A DNA stretch of 64,000 bases from the human T2T-CHM13v2.0 reference genome, Homo sapiens. The notes under the pieces were generated by a model. The model worked only from the letters and a program-made list of their open reading frames with translations. It was not told where the DNA came from and did not search any database. A program made the translations under genes and the position numbers. The DNA is taken from assembly GCF_009914755.1 (NCBI RefSeq), contig NC_060927.1. One strand, given 5' to 3'. Every line of letters begins with the position of its first letter. Within the stretch, counting starts at the first letter, position 1. Positions 16,345 through 32,899 of the stretch are shown here, in pieces.

Positions 16345-16720
16345 TCTTCAAGCGCCCTCCTGAAGATATCTCCCAAAGATACACACACCTTAATCCCCAG
16401 GATCTGTGAATATGTTACCTTACATGGCAGAATGAATTTTGCAGGTGTGATTAAGTTAAAGATTTTGAAATGGGAAGATTATTCTGGATTATCTAGGTGG
16501 GCCCAATGTAATCACAAGAATTCTTGAAAGAGGGAGGCAAGAGATCAGAATTAGTAAGAGAGGTGACAGTGGAGGCAAGAGTTTGGAGAAATTCAAGGGG
16601 CCGTGAGCAAAGGATTGCAGGCAGCTGCTAGAAGCTGAAAAGGGCAAAGAAATAGCTTCTCCCCTCAGAGCCTCCAGAAGGAACCAAACCAGCCAACACC
16701 CTGGTTTTAGTCCCCTAACA
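16345..16720 (+). mobile_element. MaLR LTR (MLT1D/MLT1C-like), 3' end missing
   Basis: cctt aatccccaggatctgtgaatatgttaccttacatggca...gggcccaatgtaatcacaag...ctagaagctgaaaagggcaa...gagcctccagaaggaac. Confidence 0.8.
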
Positions 16721-16724
16721 CACA

Positions 16725-17176
16725 TACAGAGGACTGGAGGACAGACCCTCTGGCCTAGAGGGCAGATTCACGGGCCAGAGAGGATTATTTCAGCTGTCAC
16801 ACCTGATGGAATTTGCCCAGTTGATTTTTGAAATTGCCTGGGCCCTCCTTTTTTCCTTTCATTTTCTTCTTCTGGGGATGGGAATATATACAACTGTTAT
16901 CCTGTGCCTGTTCCATCACCTTATTTTGGAGCAGATAACTGGAGTCTTGAGTGTCATAGATTCGTAGGTGGAGAGAAATTTTGTGCCAGGATGGAATATA
17001 TCCAGAGTCTCATTTATACTTAATTTAGGGATTTGTATGATGAGATTTAGGACTTTTAAACTTGTGAGACTTATATGAGATTTTGAACTTGAGTTGACTC
17101 TCTAGTGGGTTGAGAGTTTTTGAGACCTGAGAACGGGTTGACTTTATTTTGTGTGTGGAATGGACATGAATCATTG
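16725..17176 (+). mobile_element. MaLR internal-region 3' portion (MLT1-int-like)
   Basis: gaggattatttcag...gatggaatttgcccag...ggacttttaaacttg...ttttgtgtgtggaatggacatgaat is typical of MaLR internal sequence just before the LTR. Confidence 0.55.
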
Positions 17177-17404
17177 TCATAATAGCAATAGGAAACAAGT
17201 ACAGTGTATTATTAAAATATTTCCAAAAGTCCTTTAACTTATTTGTTAGCTTGCTTCTTACTACTTTCAGTGACAACTGCTTGAAAGTGAATATGGATAA
17301 TACAGGAAAAAAAATTTCTTCCTTTTTCATCAAATATCTTCTTCAGTTTAGTCCAGTTAGCTCTGGACTGAAGTATTTAAATAATTGTTTTCTTTACTGT
17401 GTAG

Positions 17405-17405
<1 letters not shown>

Positions 17406-17443
<38 letters not shown>
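17406..17443 (+). repeat. (TG)19 microsatellite
   Basis: Perfect dinucleotide run. Confidence 0.95.
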
Positions 17444-17447
<4 letters not shown>

Positions 17448-18819
17448 AGAGAGACTGTCCATCTGTTAAAGTCAGATCTTTATTCTGATATTCTTATTGA
17501 ATGTAGCAGCATCGGGAAATCCATACATAGGATTTGTTACTTTGGGTTAAGATACAATCACCGATGTACCATGGCCATGATTCCATGACACATTTTTTAA
17601 TTTTCATCATTCAATCACATTTCTCCTTAGCCTACTGTTTTCTAGTCACTTGTACAGAATAGTAGATTAACTTATTTTTTGCTTGACTAATTATAATAAA
17701 TCCTCATACCTGGATCATGTCTCAACATAATCTCAGGATATGTCAATGTTGTCAATATTATGTTGAGAAATTAAACCCAATAGACACTTCTCTTGGTAAC
17801 TAAGGGAAAAGCCCTATATCTCAGTAATATCACCAGATGTTACTGATAAGCTGATTATTTATTAAACTTTCTTGTTTTGATATATTTATAAAAATCTAAT
17901 TCAGTGTATAAATTAATACTGCAAATTCCACACTCTGTATTCCAAAATTCTATTCACCATTTTGTTGTAAAGTATTGTTAAGTCACTTATGTAACATATA
18001 GAAAAATATTTAGGGCCCTGCTGAGGGACATAAAAATTACAATAGCCTCATAATATTTAATTCCAAGATAGTAGGTCTTTTCTAGTTCCCTAAATTTGTG
18101 TTAGGTTTAATAAAATTTGCTGAATAGTGAATTATTGCTGCAAATAATTTGATGACAGGAAAAATTTGAAATCAACCAATTTGTGTCAACTAGCTAAAAC
18201 AATAAATTGATAACATTTTTAAAAAACCTACTTGTCCAGGAGTTACGGGTTTGTGAAGACAATATACCTTTGATCAGCCAAGAAAAGGGCCCCTGCCTTC
18301 GGATTCTCATAGGCTTTAGAACCTCACATTCATTTCCGGATGGCTGGCTGGTGCATCAGGAGCTCTCATGAGGCAATCACAGAGAAAAAGGAGAAGTGAA
18401 ACATGTTTCCTAGCCAATGGGACTCCTATTAGTTTGCGTAGAAGCAGAAAAGCATCCAAAATTTATTTTATTATTTGCTCTAAGAACAGTTCAGCTTTAA
18501 GGGAAAGCAGACTACCATCAAAAAAGGAATTTTGTATTCCAGTATATGTATTAAATGGTGATCTTCCGAGGAAGAGAAGGAAAAAAAAATTATTAGACCC
18601 TCTGGTAGAGCATTTATCTTTTCTGTTTGGAATCCCAAACTCCTTGCAAAAAGACATGAAAAAAAAGGAGGGAGAAGAGCTATGGCCATAGGATTCATAC
18701 CTATCTCATCATCCTTGCTGGAACCGTCTGTGCTGTTTAAATACCAGCTAGACCCAGACCACTCCAAAATATGATCTCTAGCCACTGTACTGAACGTTAC
18801 ACACAGTTGCTTACTGACA

Positions 18820-19200
18820 ATGCTGCACAGATTTCTCACACTTAGCGGGACCAAATCAGAATTTTTTTTTCTTTTATTTTTCTACAAACCTACCCTGCTC
18901 TGGGGTTTGCCATCTTAGTGAATAGCATCTTCATCCATACAGTCACCAAAACCAGAAACCTTGATTTAGAATCAGTTCCTCTTCCTCCCTTGCTCCTCAA
19001 ATCTAATTCATCACTAAGATTTGTGCATTCCACATGTGCACTATGTCCTCAGTCCACGCTTTGTTCACCATTCCTTGTGCCACTGCTAATTGCAAGCCCT
19101 GGAAAGTTGTCTTTTGAACTCTTTCGCTGTCACTGAAAGATTCTATTGACCTGTGCCACCTCGAGTCTATCTTTCGTGTAGCCACCAAAACATACCTTTT
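18820..19200 (+). mobile_element. L2 fragment
   Basis: ccatcttagtgaatagcatc...ccaaaaccagaaaccttg...ctaattcatcactaag. Confidence 0.55.
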
Positions 19201-19559
19201 ATTTTTAAGTTAGAATTTTGGAGGATGTAAATAAAATTCAAACACAGTCTCATTGCAATATATCTATATCTATACCTATGTCTATATTTAGATATCTATA
19301 CAAACACACATACGCACACACAGATACATAATAATGTCTCTTACATTTCCCCACTCCACTTTCATCCCCAGAAGTTGCCATTATTGATGTATTAGTGTCC
19401 TTTATACATTTTTCTATACATTCATGTAAATATGTACTTCTGCACATACTCATTGCTGTTTAAACATAAATGGAATTATATTTTGTGTCTTGATTTGTAA
19501 CTTGGTATGTTAACAATGTCTTCAAGATTACTTCATATTAATAGATACTATATTATACA

Positions 19560-19808
19560 ATCTAACATTTATTTAGCAATTATTTTATGCTACTTACTGT
19601 TCTAAGTGTTCGCTATGCATTATCTCACCTAGCTATTAGATTATCTCTACGTAGTGAGAACTATTATTGGTATCGTTACATTACACATCAGAAAACAGAG
19701 GCATTTAGAGGTTAATTGCTCCCTGAAAATCCATAATTAAGAAGCAGTAAAGGTAAAATTAAAACATAGACAATATGATTCTAGGACCCACATTTAATCA
19801 TTTTATGG
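19560..19808 (-). mobile_element. MIR
   Basis: ctaacatttatttagc...tgttctaagtg...cagaaaacagaggc...agaggttaa. Confidence 0.6.
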
Positions 19809-20339
19809 TAATACTTCAGTAGTTAAAACAAATGCATTATTTTATTAAATGCTTCAGAAGTAACTTTTGATTGCATGTTATGTGCCATGCTCTGTGCTAA
19901 GAACTGAGGATAGAAGGCTAAAGAAACTATTCAAGGTCCCTGATCTTGTGAAGTTTACATTCCATCAGGACAACATTCATAATATGAGTGTATTATATAT
20001 TTTTTAATTTTTCTACTGAAGAACATTTAAATATCTTAAAAACAACAACATAACAAATGTTATTGTACAGCATATGCATTTGTGTGCTCATGAGTGAGTA
20101 TTTCTGTAGGACAAATTCCTAGAAACACAACTGTTAATGTGAAAAGTATGCACATGTAAAATGTTGCTATGTCCTGCCAAATCATCAACTCAAGAAAAGA
20201 TATACCAACACTTACTGCCATAAACCATGTACAAAATGCCTGATTTTGTTCAGTTTTATCATTGTGTACTTGAGAAAATGAGCGTTCTTTAATCATGCAT
20301 CTCTAATCATAGGTAGGAGAACAATATACACACTCAGTA

Positions 20340-23300
20340 GGTCAAGTTACATAATTGTGTTGTTTAGATCATTGATATTCTTTCTGAATTGCAAAAATTA
20401 TAAAAAATCCTTAATAATATTTAAAAAGTAGTTATCTACAAATCTTATCTGTACAATTTAGAAGTTAATAACAAAATGCTAAATAAAAAACCCATCCATA
20501 TTTGGAAATTTTAAAAACACATTTGTAAATAAGTCATGGGTCAGAGGAAAAAACCTAATTTAAAATTTTTTTCAATATTTTTACATCTATGATAACAAAT
20601 ATACTATGTATGAAAATTTGTAGGATATAAGAAGAGTGGAACTTCAATAAATATACAGTGATAAAGTATTTAAATTAGGAAAGAATAAATCCTGAAAATT
20701 AAAAAGCTAAGCACACATCTTAAAAATTTAGAAATAATACCAGAAAAATTCAAGGGAAATAGTGAAAATATATACTAAATATGAAAGTAGAAGTCAATTA
20801 AAAGGGAAAAATATAATAAGGAAGTTTAATAAAGCCAAAAGTTGGTTATTTGAGAAACCTCACAAATACACAACTGCTATAAGGACTAATTGATAAAAAG
20901 ATATAAGTAAAAAATAAATATATTGATGAAAATGAAAAAACAACTATAGATAAAATATAAATTTAAAAGATAATAAAATTATTTACCTAGGTTGCACAAG
21001 ATCCATTTAGATTTCTATATCCAGCAACAAACAAACAGAAAATATTAAAATGTATAATACAATAGCATGAAAAAGTCAAGTAGGTAAGAATAAATATAAC
21101 ATCTTGTACACTAAAACCTATTCAATGTAATTTTGAGAACTTTAAAAATTCCTAAATGAACAGAAATACATCACATTCCTGTAAGACTCAATATTAGAAA
21201 ATAATAAATTCTCTATAGATTGATCTACAGAATGAACATGCTACAATTAAAATCCCACAAGGGAGTGTGTGTGTGTAAAGTGACAAGATTCTAAAGTTTA
21301 TACAACAATGCAAAGGGCCAAGAAAAGCCAAGACAATACTGAAAAGACCAATGCTGAAGAATTCTTACAGTCAAATATACCATTTATTTTAAAGGAATAG
21401 AAATGGAGGTAGTATGGACAACAAAATAGATGTCATAGAACCAAGTGCTCAGCAACAGACACATACATTTACAATCACTTGCTTTATGAAAAAGTTGCCA
21501 CTGCAGGGGAAGTGGAAAAGAATCATCTTTTCAATAAACGGTGCTAGGAAAATTTAATATCACATAAGGAAATTCAATCTCGACCATAACTCATGCTGTC
21601 TATAAACACATACATACATACATACAATTACAAATTGATTATATATATTAAAACAAGAAATAGATTATGTATAATAATTTATGTAAAGTTTCTAGAGGAA
21701 AACTTAGGAGGATCTCTTTAAAATCTTGTGTTACACAAAGATATTTCAAGTAAGTCACAAGAATAGAAAATCTGTAAAGAAAAAAATATTAATAAATTGG
21801 TCAAATAAAAATGAATAAGGAATTCCTTTTCTCAAGAGATACCATTTAAGACTGTGAAAGGTAAATCATAGAGTGGGCAAAGATATTTGTCCTGTATACG
21901 TAATAAAAGATTTGCACCGACAAAATTTTTGCAATCTGCTCATTTGACAAAGGGCTAATATCCAGAATCTACAATGAACTCAAACAAATTTACAGGAAAA
22001 AAACAAACAGCCCCATCAATAAGTGGACAAATGATATGAACAGACACTTCTCAAAAGAAGACATTTATGCAGCCAAAAGACACATGAAAAGATGCTTATC
22101 ATCACTGGCCATCAGAGAAATGCAAATCAAACCACAATGAGATACCATCTCACACCAGTTAGAATGGCGATCATTAAAAAGTCAGGAAACAACAGGTGCT
22201 GGAGAGGATGTGGAGCAATAGGAATATTTTTACACTGTTGGTGGGAGTGTAAACTAGTTCAACCCTTGTGGAAGTCAGTGTGGGGATTCCTCAGGGATCT
22301 TGAACTAGAAATACCATTTGACCCAGCCATCCCATTACTCGGTATGTACCCAAAAGATTATAAATCATGCTGCTATAAAGACACATGCACACGTATGTTT
22401 ATTGCAGCAGTATTCACAATAGCAAAGACTTGGAACCAACCCAAATGTCCATCAATGATAGACTGGATTAAGAAAATGTGGCACATATACACCATGGAAT
22501 ACTATGCAGCCATAAAAAATGATGAGTTCATGTCCTTTGTAGGGACATGGATGAAGCTGGAAACCATCATTTTCAGCAAACTATCACAAGGACAAAAAAC
22601 CAAACACCGCATGTGCTCACTCACAGGTGAGAATTGAACAATGAGAACACATGGACACAGAAAGGGGAACATCACACACTGGGTCCTGTTGTGGGATGGG
22701 GGGAGGGAGGAGGGATAGCATTAGGAGATATACCTAATGTTAATGACGAGTTAATGGGTGCAGCACACCAACATGGCACATGTATACATATGTAACTAAC
22801 CTGCATGTTGTGCGCATGTACCCTAAAACTTAAAGTATTAAAAAAAAAGATTTGCACCTAGAATATATGTATTTTTAAACCTAACAAGAAAAAAGACTTA
22901 AACAAACACATCACAAAAGACATCCAAATGGCCAGTAAATACAAAGCGCTTGACATCTTAATCACAAATAATTAAACCATAGGGAGGTACCACTATCCAC
23001 CACCAGAATGGCTGTAATGAAAAGAGTGAGAGTACCAAGTGTTTAGTGGAATGTATTATAACTGTGCTTATGAAAGTTTAAACTGGTACATCTAGTTTAG
23101 AAGAATGTTTCAATATGCTCATACCCTGTGACTTAGCAATTCCAAAAGGCATGTATAAGAACTTCTGGAGCCATTTATATGAAATAGAAAATATGGGTTC
23201 TTAAAAGTCTGGTGGAACTCATCCCCCTAAATTATCTGAACCGGATGCCTACTTAGGGATAGATATTCAACTCCTTTACCTTTTTAATGTTCTTCTATTT

Positions 23301-23720
23301 AAGATATATCCAAAACTGGAAGCACTTCCAATGTCCAACAAAAACAGAATGAATAAATACAGTGTGGTGTATCCACACAATGAAATACTACACATTAATA
23401 AAAATGAATAACATAACTATATGCCATAGTGTGGATGCATTCTTAAGAGAAAAGCTAGACACAAAAGTACCTACCATGTGACTCAACGTATATAAAGTTC
23501 AAAAACAGGCACTATTAGTCTATAATGGTATAACACAGGATAGTGGTTACTCTAGCATAGTTTCCCTCAGGGAGAATAAAGGGCATTTCTGATATTTGAC
23601 AAGATTGTATTACTTTTACTTAGTACTGCTTTTATTTATATTCATTTTTGTGAAAATCTAGTTTAAAAGTGTTTTGTGCATATTATATGTGATACTCCTA
23701 TAAAATTTAACTTTAAGAAG
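20340..23720 (+). mobile_element. Ancient L1M (L1MD/L1ME-like) ORF2 and 3'UTR relic, interrupted by a young L1 at 21919-22844
   Basis: A-rich decayed ORF2-like sequence (aataaagccaaaagttggttatttgag; caaagggccaagaaaagccaagacaat; cttttcaataaacggtgctagg) and 3'UTR-like aaagttcaaaaacaggc. Confidence 0.7.
21919..22844 (+). mobile_element. 5'-truncated L1PA4/5 (ORF2 C-terminus and 3'UTR)
   Basis: ORF 22092-22637 matches the ORF2 Cys-rich end; poly(A); 14-bp TSD AAAAGATTTGCACC at 21905-21918 and 22845-22858. Confidence 0.93.
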
Positions 23721-26700
23721 ATAAGACAATGGAATATTACTATGGTAACAATTTTGGAAAATTATATGAAATGGGCTAATTTCAAGAACCATGAAACTTT
23801 CTATAAATAAACTCAAGAAAAATACAATGCTCCTAAACTGTTAAAGATAATGATGATCTTTTTGTGTATTCCTTTTTCAATTGTGATGTCAGAGTTACAT
23901 TAGCCTTGCAGAATAATTTGAAGAGGTTTTCATATTTACCATTAACTTCTCTCATCTGGACCAATTTCTATAAAATGGAGATTATGGGTTATTAAAAATT
24001 TGGAGAAACGCAAGATATTATTTGGACCTGATGTTGACTTAGGTATATTACCACCTTTAATTTTTTTTTTCAAGTAGTCTACCTGTAATCTATGCAGTTT
24101 ACATAGATTTTGTAACTACTTCTTTAAGTTAATTTCGGACATTTGAAATTCCATAAAATCTTGTCTATATTTAACACATGTTAACTGCATTAGGAATTGT
24201 TGAGCAAGCACTTTGTCTGCCTTTGAAGGTATTTGTAGAGTTCCTTTTATGAAAGTAAGTTTAATTGCTGCAACTAACACATGCAGAAGAAGCACCTAAG
24301 GAGGTGGATTTTTATATTTTTTAGGGACAGATGGTTAGGAAGGTGTAGTGAAAGAACAATCATTTCATGGGATGAAGAATGAGAGAGATCAAGCCAAAAA
24401 GATGAAAGAGAACAAAATTGTGTAATGTGATCCTTCCTTATTATTCTTTAAGTTTTCATTAGTTTTAAAAGTTAGAAAATTCTGAGTATGATACCATTTC
24501 TTATGGGAAATTGCAACAAGACTAATGTCTGTCTACTAGTTGTCAGGGGTCTGAAAAAAATAAGTGTGTGTTAGTGAAGAAAATGCAAAGTCAGAAAAAA
24601 TAAGAAGAAAGTATTGGAAATTATTAGAACTTTGAACGGAAGTGAAAAGTGAGATTCATCAAGGGTCCCATGTGCAGGAGGTCACAGGGGTGTTTAGACT
24701 ACATTTATATACCTTCTTCTTACCACATTAATTGGCATGATGTAGACACTCAACATATGTGTTAAATTGAATAACTGCTTGAAAACTGATGTTGGAGAAC
24801 ATTTCATCATCCTCTTACAGTGATCAGTGGGTCCTGGAAGTTATCCAAGACAATGAGATGAACATGTGAACTATCAGTTTATAGTCTCAAAAAGTTATTA
24901 GATCACTGCTCTAAGCATGACACAAGCTTCTGATAGGCCGATCAAGTTACCTAAAACCCCAATCATCACATTAGGCTCCAAGAAAGAGTATGTGGGAGTG
25001 GTGATGACAAAGTAGACAGGCTTACTATGAAGAATTGAGGATTCTGGCAAGGGGTAGATAGGTATAGAAAGGAAATTGGGCTTTCACTGCCTATCCCTCC
25101 ACAAGAAATATTCTCAAGGTGAGTTCTGCCCTCTGTTCTCTTCAGCTTGACTATGAGTTGAGGAATGGCCTGTGATTCCATTTCTTTCTAGCTAATTCCA
25201 AACACTGAAGACTATAATTAACCATTAAATCAGACACATAAACTTGGTAAAATGTGTATCTCTAGTTCATTCTTTGGGTTATTTCAGAGACAATGCCATG
25301 GGAAAATGGGTCTGTACATTCCTTTTTTTAAGACACAGGCTTTCTGTCATGTAAGTTTTGGGACGCAAATATATTTTCCTTTTTTTCAACTTTCACTTTG
25401 GGCATTATAATTAAATATTTCTCTACTCCCCCTTCAACCAAAAAAGAAAAAAAAAAGAAACTATGGGCTAAACTATCTGACTTGGAAGTTAAAACCACTA
25501 ATTTGTGTTAGTTGTCTGTGCTCAAAGATTTCAAGTTATCTACAGATGGCCTCACTTGACATTTTATACTTTTATATGTAGTTGTATTTACTCCTACAAA
25601 GAAAATTGTCTCCACCTTGCTCTTACTGCTACCCAGAGATGTAATAGAAAGGGAGAAGCTTATAGGTGTGGACTAGGAAGAACACCTAAGCAAGGCTGTC
25701 AGTGACACGTGGTGGCAGCTTCTCTGTTGGATGTCATGAGTCATGCTAAATGATTCCTCCTGCCAGTCTCAGGAGCTTCTCCTGAGGTCACATATTCAGA
25801 ACCAATGCTGGAAGAGACTTGGCATATTTGGTGCAAAAAATACCTAGATGAAATCTACCTAAGGGTATTCTAGTGTTGGTATACAACAGTTAAATTCTCT
25901 TTCTAAAAGTTTTACTTAATATGTTAGAGAACAAAACAATCAGCTTTCTTACTTATTATATTACTTGTTACATTATTTATTATTTTAGAGATCAAAACAA
26001 TCAGTATGGACTATCTTTCGTCCATGCTGATGACTGCATCTGAAACAACCAATATGCTAAGGGTCTCTGTCAATCATACTATAATCTAAATACACAGCAT
26101 GACTAGAAAATGACTAAAAGTTATTATACCAGCTGGCTATTAATTGGGTAGATAAAACTCTAGGGAGGGATGAGATATTAATAAAGGTAAATGATAGAAA
26201 CCCCTAAAAATTATAATAAACCACACTGATTAATAAACAGCTCAGACTCTTGTTAATATATCCTAAATATATTAAAATGTGGCTTTAGTGACCCCCAACC
26301 CTGTTTTTATCAAGAAGAGAATTGATATATTGCAAGCTTGTTTTTTGGGCCAAACACAGTAATAAACTCTTTAAGTTTTAATTTTCAAGAAAATTTTACA
26401 ATCTTGAGAATTTTTCAGACTATGGCCCCTTGTAATAGTAAGTAATGAGAACCAAGATGCCATGGGCTCACAGGAAGATAGACGAACATCCCCCAAGACA
26501 CCTAATATCTAGGTATTAGGACAAAACCTGCAGTGCCTTCTCTTTAATGTCCTAATAATGTTCCACAATTCATAAAAATGTTGGTTGTTACTATATTTGA
26601 AGGGAGATTTAAAATGGAAATAAGTATATACCCTGTCTCATTTAGATAGAAATTACACTTAACCAACAAGATTTTACACTTAACCTCCATTGTAAATCTC

Positions 26701-27521
26701 CCTTCTTTTTTCACTCAGTATGAGTCCTAAAAGAATAACATTGATCTGACTTATTGTATGTATCCAACCTGTTTGTTCCTTTTAAGTGCTGAGTAGTATT
26801 CCACAGTATGGATGTGTCAGTTTGCTTAACCACGCACCCATTGGAGGATATGTGGGTTGTTTCCAGAGTCTGGCTATTATGAGTAAAGTTGCTGTAATTT
26901 TTTTTTTAAAAGAATATCCTACAGGTGCTACGCTGGAGCTACCTGATAGAATGTCTATTAGGGCAACATTAAATATATAAATCCCTTAAGAGTCCATATG
27001 CCAAATAAGTATTTTCATCTTTAATGTACGTCAGCACTGCAAAAGGTACTACTTAAAAATGATAGAGTACTGGTAGTATCTATGGAAAATGTCACACAAA
27101 GTTATTGAGTTAGAAAGAGATAAATATGAAAGAATATAGGACAATATACTGGAACCAATCTAGGTCAATGAGTTTCTTGCTCACTGTTAACATATCAAGC
27201 ATAGAGTACATGCAGAGAACATAGTGGGTGCTCAATTAGCACTTGTTAAAAGATGGATAAATTAATAAGTGAATTAATAAAATGATTACAAAGTTAGGTA
27301 AGACATTCACAATTATGAAATGTAGGCAATTCACAAAACCCATATTTCTGAGGGGGAGGATAGTTGGAGGGAGGGAAGCAATGACAAGAAACATATGTGA
27401 AAGATATCAGTTCTAAAGTAAAGTTACGCATAATTTATCTTTAACAAATAGAAATATAAGCAGATTATTTTTCTTAGATGAATATTAAAAAAAGATTTCA
27501 AAATTTTAAAAATAGCATAAG

Positions 27522-28031
27522 CATTACTGAGCAATAGGGCTCACTGCCCAGTATGCTAGAAGTCAATACCATGACACCAGGTTTCTGAAAAAAGAAAGCC
27601 ATTCTTTGTAGGTTGAACAATAAGGAGACAGGAGTCCAGCTCAGATTAGTCTGTCTCCACTTTTATTAGAAAAGGGTTAGGGAGCCAATTTGGGGATAAA
27701 CATGTGATTAGTGGAAAGAAAGAAGGGGCCTGGAAAGTCCTCAGGCTTGTGCAGTATCTCTTTATGCCTCCTCGTGGTTCACATGTGATAATTTGTGGGG
27801 AGTTCACATTAAAAATGCAGTAAAAAACGGGGCTGTGATGTCAGCAAGTTTGTTCTGAACAGACTCCAATTGGCCATATAGGTACCAGCTGATTTCAGCC
27901 AGTTTTGGTATCTTACAGGCAGAGAGAGCTCCAGAGTTTCAGCAAGCTGCTTCTTTTCTTATGTGCCATCCTGCAAACTCACGAATTTCTGTTAATCATT
28001 GGTTTCTTTAACTCCTTAGGGCACAGTTTCA
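27522..28031 (-). mobile_element. Solo ERV1-class (MER4-group) LTR
   Basis: About 510 bp ending gcacagtttCA (TGAAACTG on the minus strand); 4-bp TSD TAAG at 27518-27521 and 28032-28035. Exact family not recognised. Confidence 0.7.
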
Positions 28032-28410
28032 TAAGCCTGAGAAAAACACGGTCAAATGGAAGTATAAACAAAATAGTTAAAACAATAAGATGATGACAGT
28101 TCATCCAAGTAAAATGAAAGAGCTGCAGTAAAAATATCTTAGAAAGTTGAGGACCAAAAGCCTATTACATGCAGTGACAGTAATTCTAAATGAATGCTAG
28201 ACTGGCCTAAGCCAGTGTCTGTGCTCCAGTAAATAACTCATTGGTGAAAGTAGAATCATCTTCTATTAATTTTTCAGTCATTGGAATACATTAGTCAGTG
28301 AATGGATGTTAGCCAAAGTAAAAGAAAGTACTATGCAGCTAGAAAATTTTAGTTAGCAAATTACACTGTAAATCTTTAAAATGAGACAGAAATAAAGTCA
28401 AAAAAGTCTT

Positions 28411-32171
<3,761 letters not shown>

Positions 32172-32172
32172 C

Positions 32173-32879
32173 ACCATCTCACACCAGTTAGAATGGCGAT
32201 CATTAAAAAGTCAAGAAAACAACAGATGCTGGAGAAGATGTGGAAAACAGGAATGCTTTTACACTGTTGGTGGGAGTGTAAATTAGTTCAACTATTGTGG
32301 AAGACAGTGTGGCAATTCCTCAAGGATCTAGAACTAGAAATACCATTTGACCCAGCCATCCCATTACTGGGTATATACCCAAAGGATTATAAATCATACT
32401 ACTATAAAGATACATGCACATGTATGTTTATTGTGGCACTATTTACAATAGCAAAGACTTGGAGCCAACCCAAATGTCCATCAATGATAGACTGGATTAA
32501 GAAAATGTGGCACATATACACCACGGAATACTATGCAGCCATAAAAAGGATGAGTTCATGTCCTTTGCAGGGACATGGATGAAGCTGGAAACCATCATTC
32601 TAAGCAAACTATCACAAGGACAGAAAAGCAAACACCACATGTTCTCACTCATAGGTGGGAGTTGAACAATGAGAACACATATACACGGGGCAGGGAACAT
32701 CACACACCAGGGCCTGTCGGGGGTTGGGGAGCTGGGGGAAGAATAGCATTAGGAGAAATACCTAATGTAAACGACAAGTTGATGGGTGCAGCAAACCAAC
32801 ATGGCACATGTATACCTATGTAACAAACCTGCATGTTGTGCACATGTACCCTAGAACTTAAAGTATAATTTTAAAAAAA
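32173..32879 (+). mobile_element. Non-inverted 3' segment of the same L1PA6/7 (ORF2 C-terminus, 3'UTR, short tail)
   Basis: Begins accatctcacaccagttagaatgg; 3'UTR gcaaaccaacatggc...ccctagaacttaaag. Approximate TSD aaaaaagtctt (28400-28410) and aaaaatgtctt (32875-32885). Confidence 0.9.
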
Positions 32880-32899
32880 TGTCTTCAAACTGGATTTTT

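Noticed and set aside
18368-18854. Overlapping 107-aa (+) and 124-aa (-) ORFs with basic stretches
   Set aside because: No recognisable domain; the Lys/Arg or Phe bias follows from A/T runs; no splice or promoter support.
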